Below, in pieces: positions 23,058-24,000 of a stretch of 24,000 nucleotides of DNA. This DNA is from Laceyella sacchari (GTDB lineage: Bacteria; Bacillota; Bacilli; Thermoactinomycetales; Thermoactinomycetaceae): the NCBI RefSeq assembly GCF_004343255.1, contig NZ_SMDD01000001.1, positions 1,246,738 through 1,270,737 of the forward strand, given 5' to 3'. Below the pieces are notes generated by a model. It ran no database searches, was not told where the DNA came from, and worked only from the letters and a program-made list of their open reading frames with translations. Positions within the stretch are counted from its first letter, which is position 1. The number at the start of each line of letters is the position of its first letter. Made by a program: the position numbers and the translations under genes.

Positions 23058-24000
23058 TCACTTCGCTGCGGGAAATTCATGTTTCAATCCACGAATTTCC
23101 TTCATACCATGGGCCGGCTTGCCTACCGGTTGTTTTGGTTTGCCGGCGATCTCTTTGATGAGATTGACCACGAGCGTGCCAGATTTCTTCAGCATATCTT
23201 TTTGGATTTTGTCCAATGTATCCTCATCGCTGTGATAATAGGGATCTTCAGATACATGAACGAAAGCGACGGGAATGCCGGCATCTTCAAAAGGAGCATG
23301 GTCACTTCTGGTTGAATATCCGCGTTCATACGGCAAGTTGAGTTCATCCGCCAGTTTTGCGGCGTGATCAGCTACAAAGGATTTGGCATCAGGGGAAGCC
23401 GTGAGAATGTTAAAGGTGTCTCCAACACCAACCATATCCATGTTGATCATGCCGACAATGTTTGCTTTGTCTTTGTCTTGCAGAGATTGAACATAATACT
23501 CCGAACCAACCAACCCGGCTTCTTCCGCACCAAACGCAATGAATTTCACATTCATGTTAAGCTTTTTATGAGAAAGAGCACGGGCCACTTCCAACATGGT
23601 GCTGGTGCCGGAGGCGTTATCGTTTGCAGCTGGAGTGTCCACCCCGTCATAATGGGCTCCCAGAATCAATGTTTTTTTGGTGGAAGCCTTTTTGGAGGCT
23701 TTCAGCGTGCCGATCACATTTTGTGAGTAGGTATCCAAGATTTCTGTTTTCACTTTCATGGTGACAGACACACGCTTCCCGGCAGCGATCAACTCTAGCA
23801 ATTGTTTTCCGTCCACATCTGACAGCCCGATAGCAGGAATATCTGTTTCTTGACCGAGTGTACCGTTTAAAGCACCAGATACATTGTTATACAAGATTGC
23901 GCCAATCGCTCCGGCTTTTGCAGCATTTTGTACTTTCTCGTAGAAGGTTAAGTCTCCGCGTTGAATCAAAGCGATTTTCCCTTTGACATCAACTCCGGCA
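23058..24000 (-). CDS. M28-family zinc peptidase with PA domain (partial, runs off right edge)
   Basis: 'KTLILGAHYDGVDTPAANDNASGTSTMLEVAR', 'FIAFGAEEAGLVGSEYYV', 'NMDMVG', 'RGYSTRSDHAPFEDAGIPVAFVH' and a PA-like segment 'GDLTFYEKVQNAAKAGAIGAILYNN'. Confidence 0.93.
   Translation of the reverse strand, partial: AGVDVKGKIALIQRGDLTFYEKVQNAAKAGAIGAILYNNVSGALNGTLGQETDIPAIGLSDVDGKQLLELIAAGKRVSVTMKVKTEILDTYSQNVIGTLKASKKASTKKTLILGAHYDGVDTPAANDNASGTSTMLEVARALSHKKLNMNVKFIAFGAEEAGLVGSEYYVQSLQDKDKANIVGMINMDMVGVGDTFNILTASPDAKSFVADHAAKLADELNLPYERGYSTRSDHAPFEDAGIPVAFVHVSEDPYYHSDEDTLDKIQKDMLKKSGTLVVNLIKEIAGKPKQPVGKPAHGMKEIRGLKHEFPAAK

Overview
The window splits into a mobile or phage-like accessory block (about 1-11.2 kb) and a chromosome-like block (about 11.4-24 kb). 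Base usage and protein styles look like a thermophilic Bacillales/Thermoactinomycetaceae-type Firmicute, but that is inference. The accessory block has a partial DnaB-type helicase, a phage/plasmid replication-initiator-like gene carrying five in-frame palindromic repeats, and an XRE repressor that faces a rightward cluster across a compact divergent promoter/operator. The rightward cluster contains a NUMOD4/HNH endonuclease, small unknown proteins, two neighbouring HIRAN or HIRAN-like genes, and units preceded by a repeated TTGATATTATNAT motif. Further right are a leftward GIY-YIG unit, a serine resolvase and a decayed RelE/ParE-like toxin. The most unusual signal is an intergenic candidate structured RNA (about 10531-10750, minus strand). 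It has a consensus-like promoter, two predicted multibranched domains and a strong intrinsic terminator, and it sits directly downstream of a small PBECR-like nuclease candidate. The chromosome-like block has a GNAT acetyltransferase, a short UvrA2/DrrC-like protein, a frameshifted luciferase-domain-like gene, lysA with a lysine riboswitch, a nitronate monooxygenase, a tyrosine recombinase, a broken GNAT gene, an S1-domain protein, an AraC/GyrI-like regulator and a partial M28 peptidase. All family calls come from reading motifs. No database search or folding program was run.
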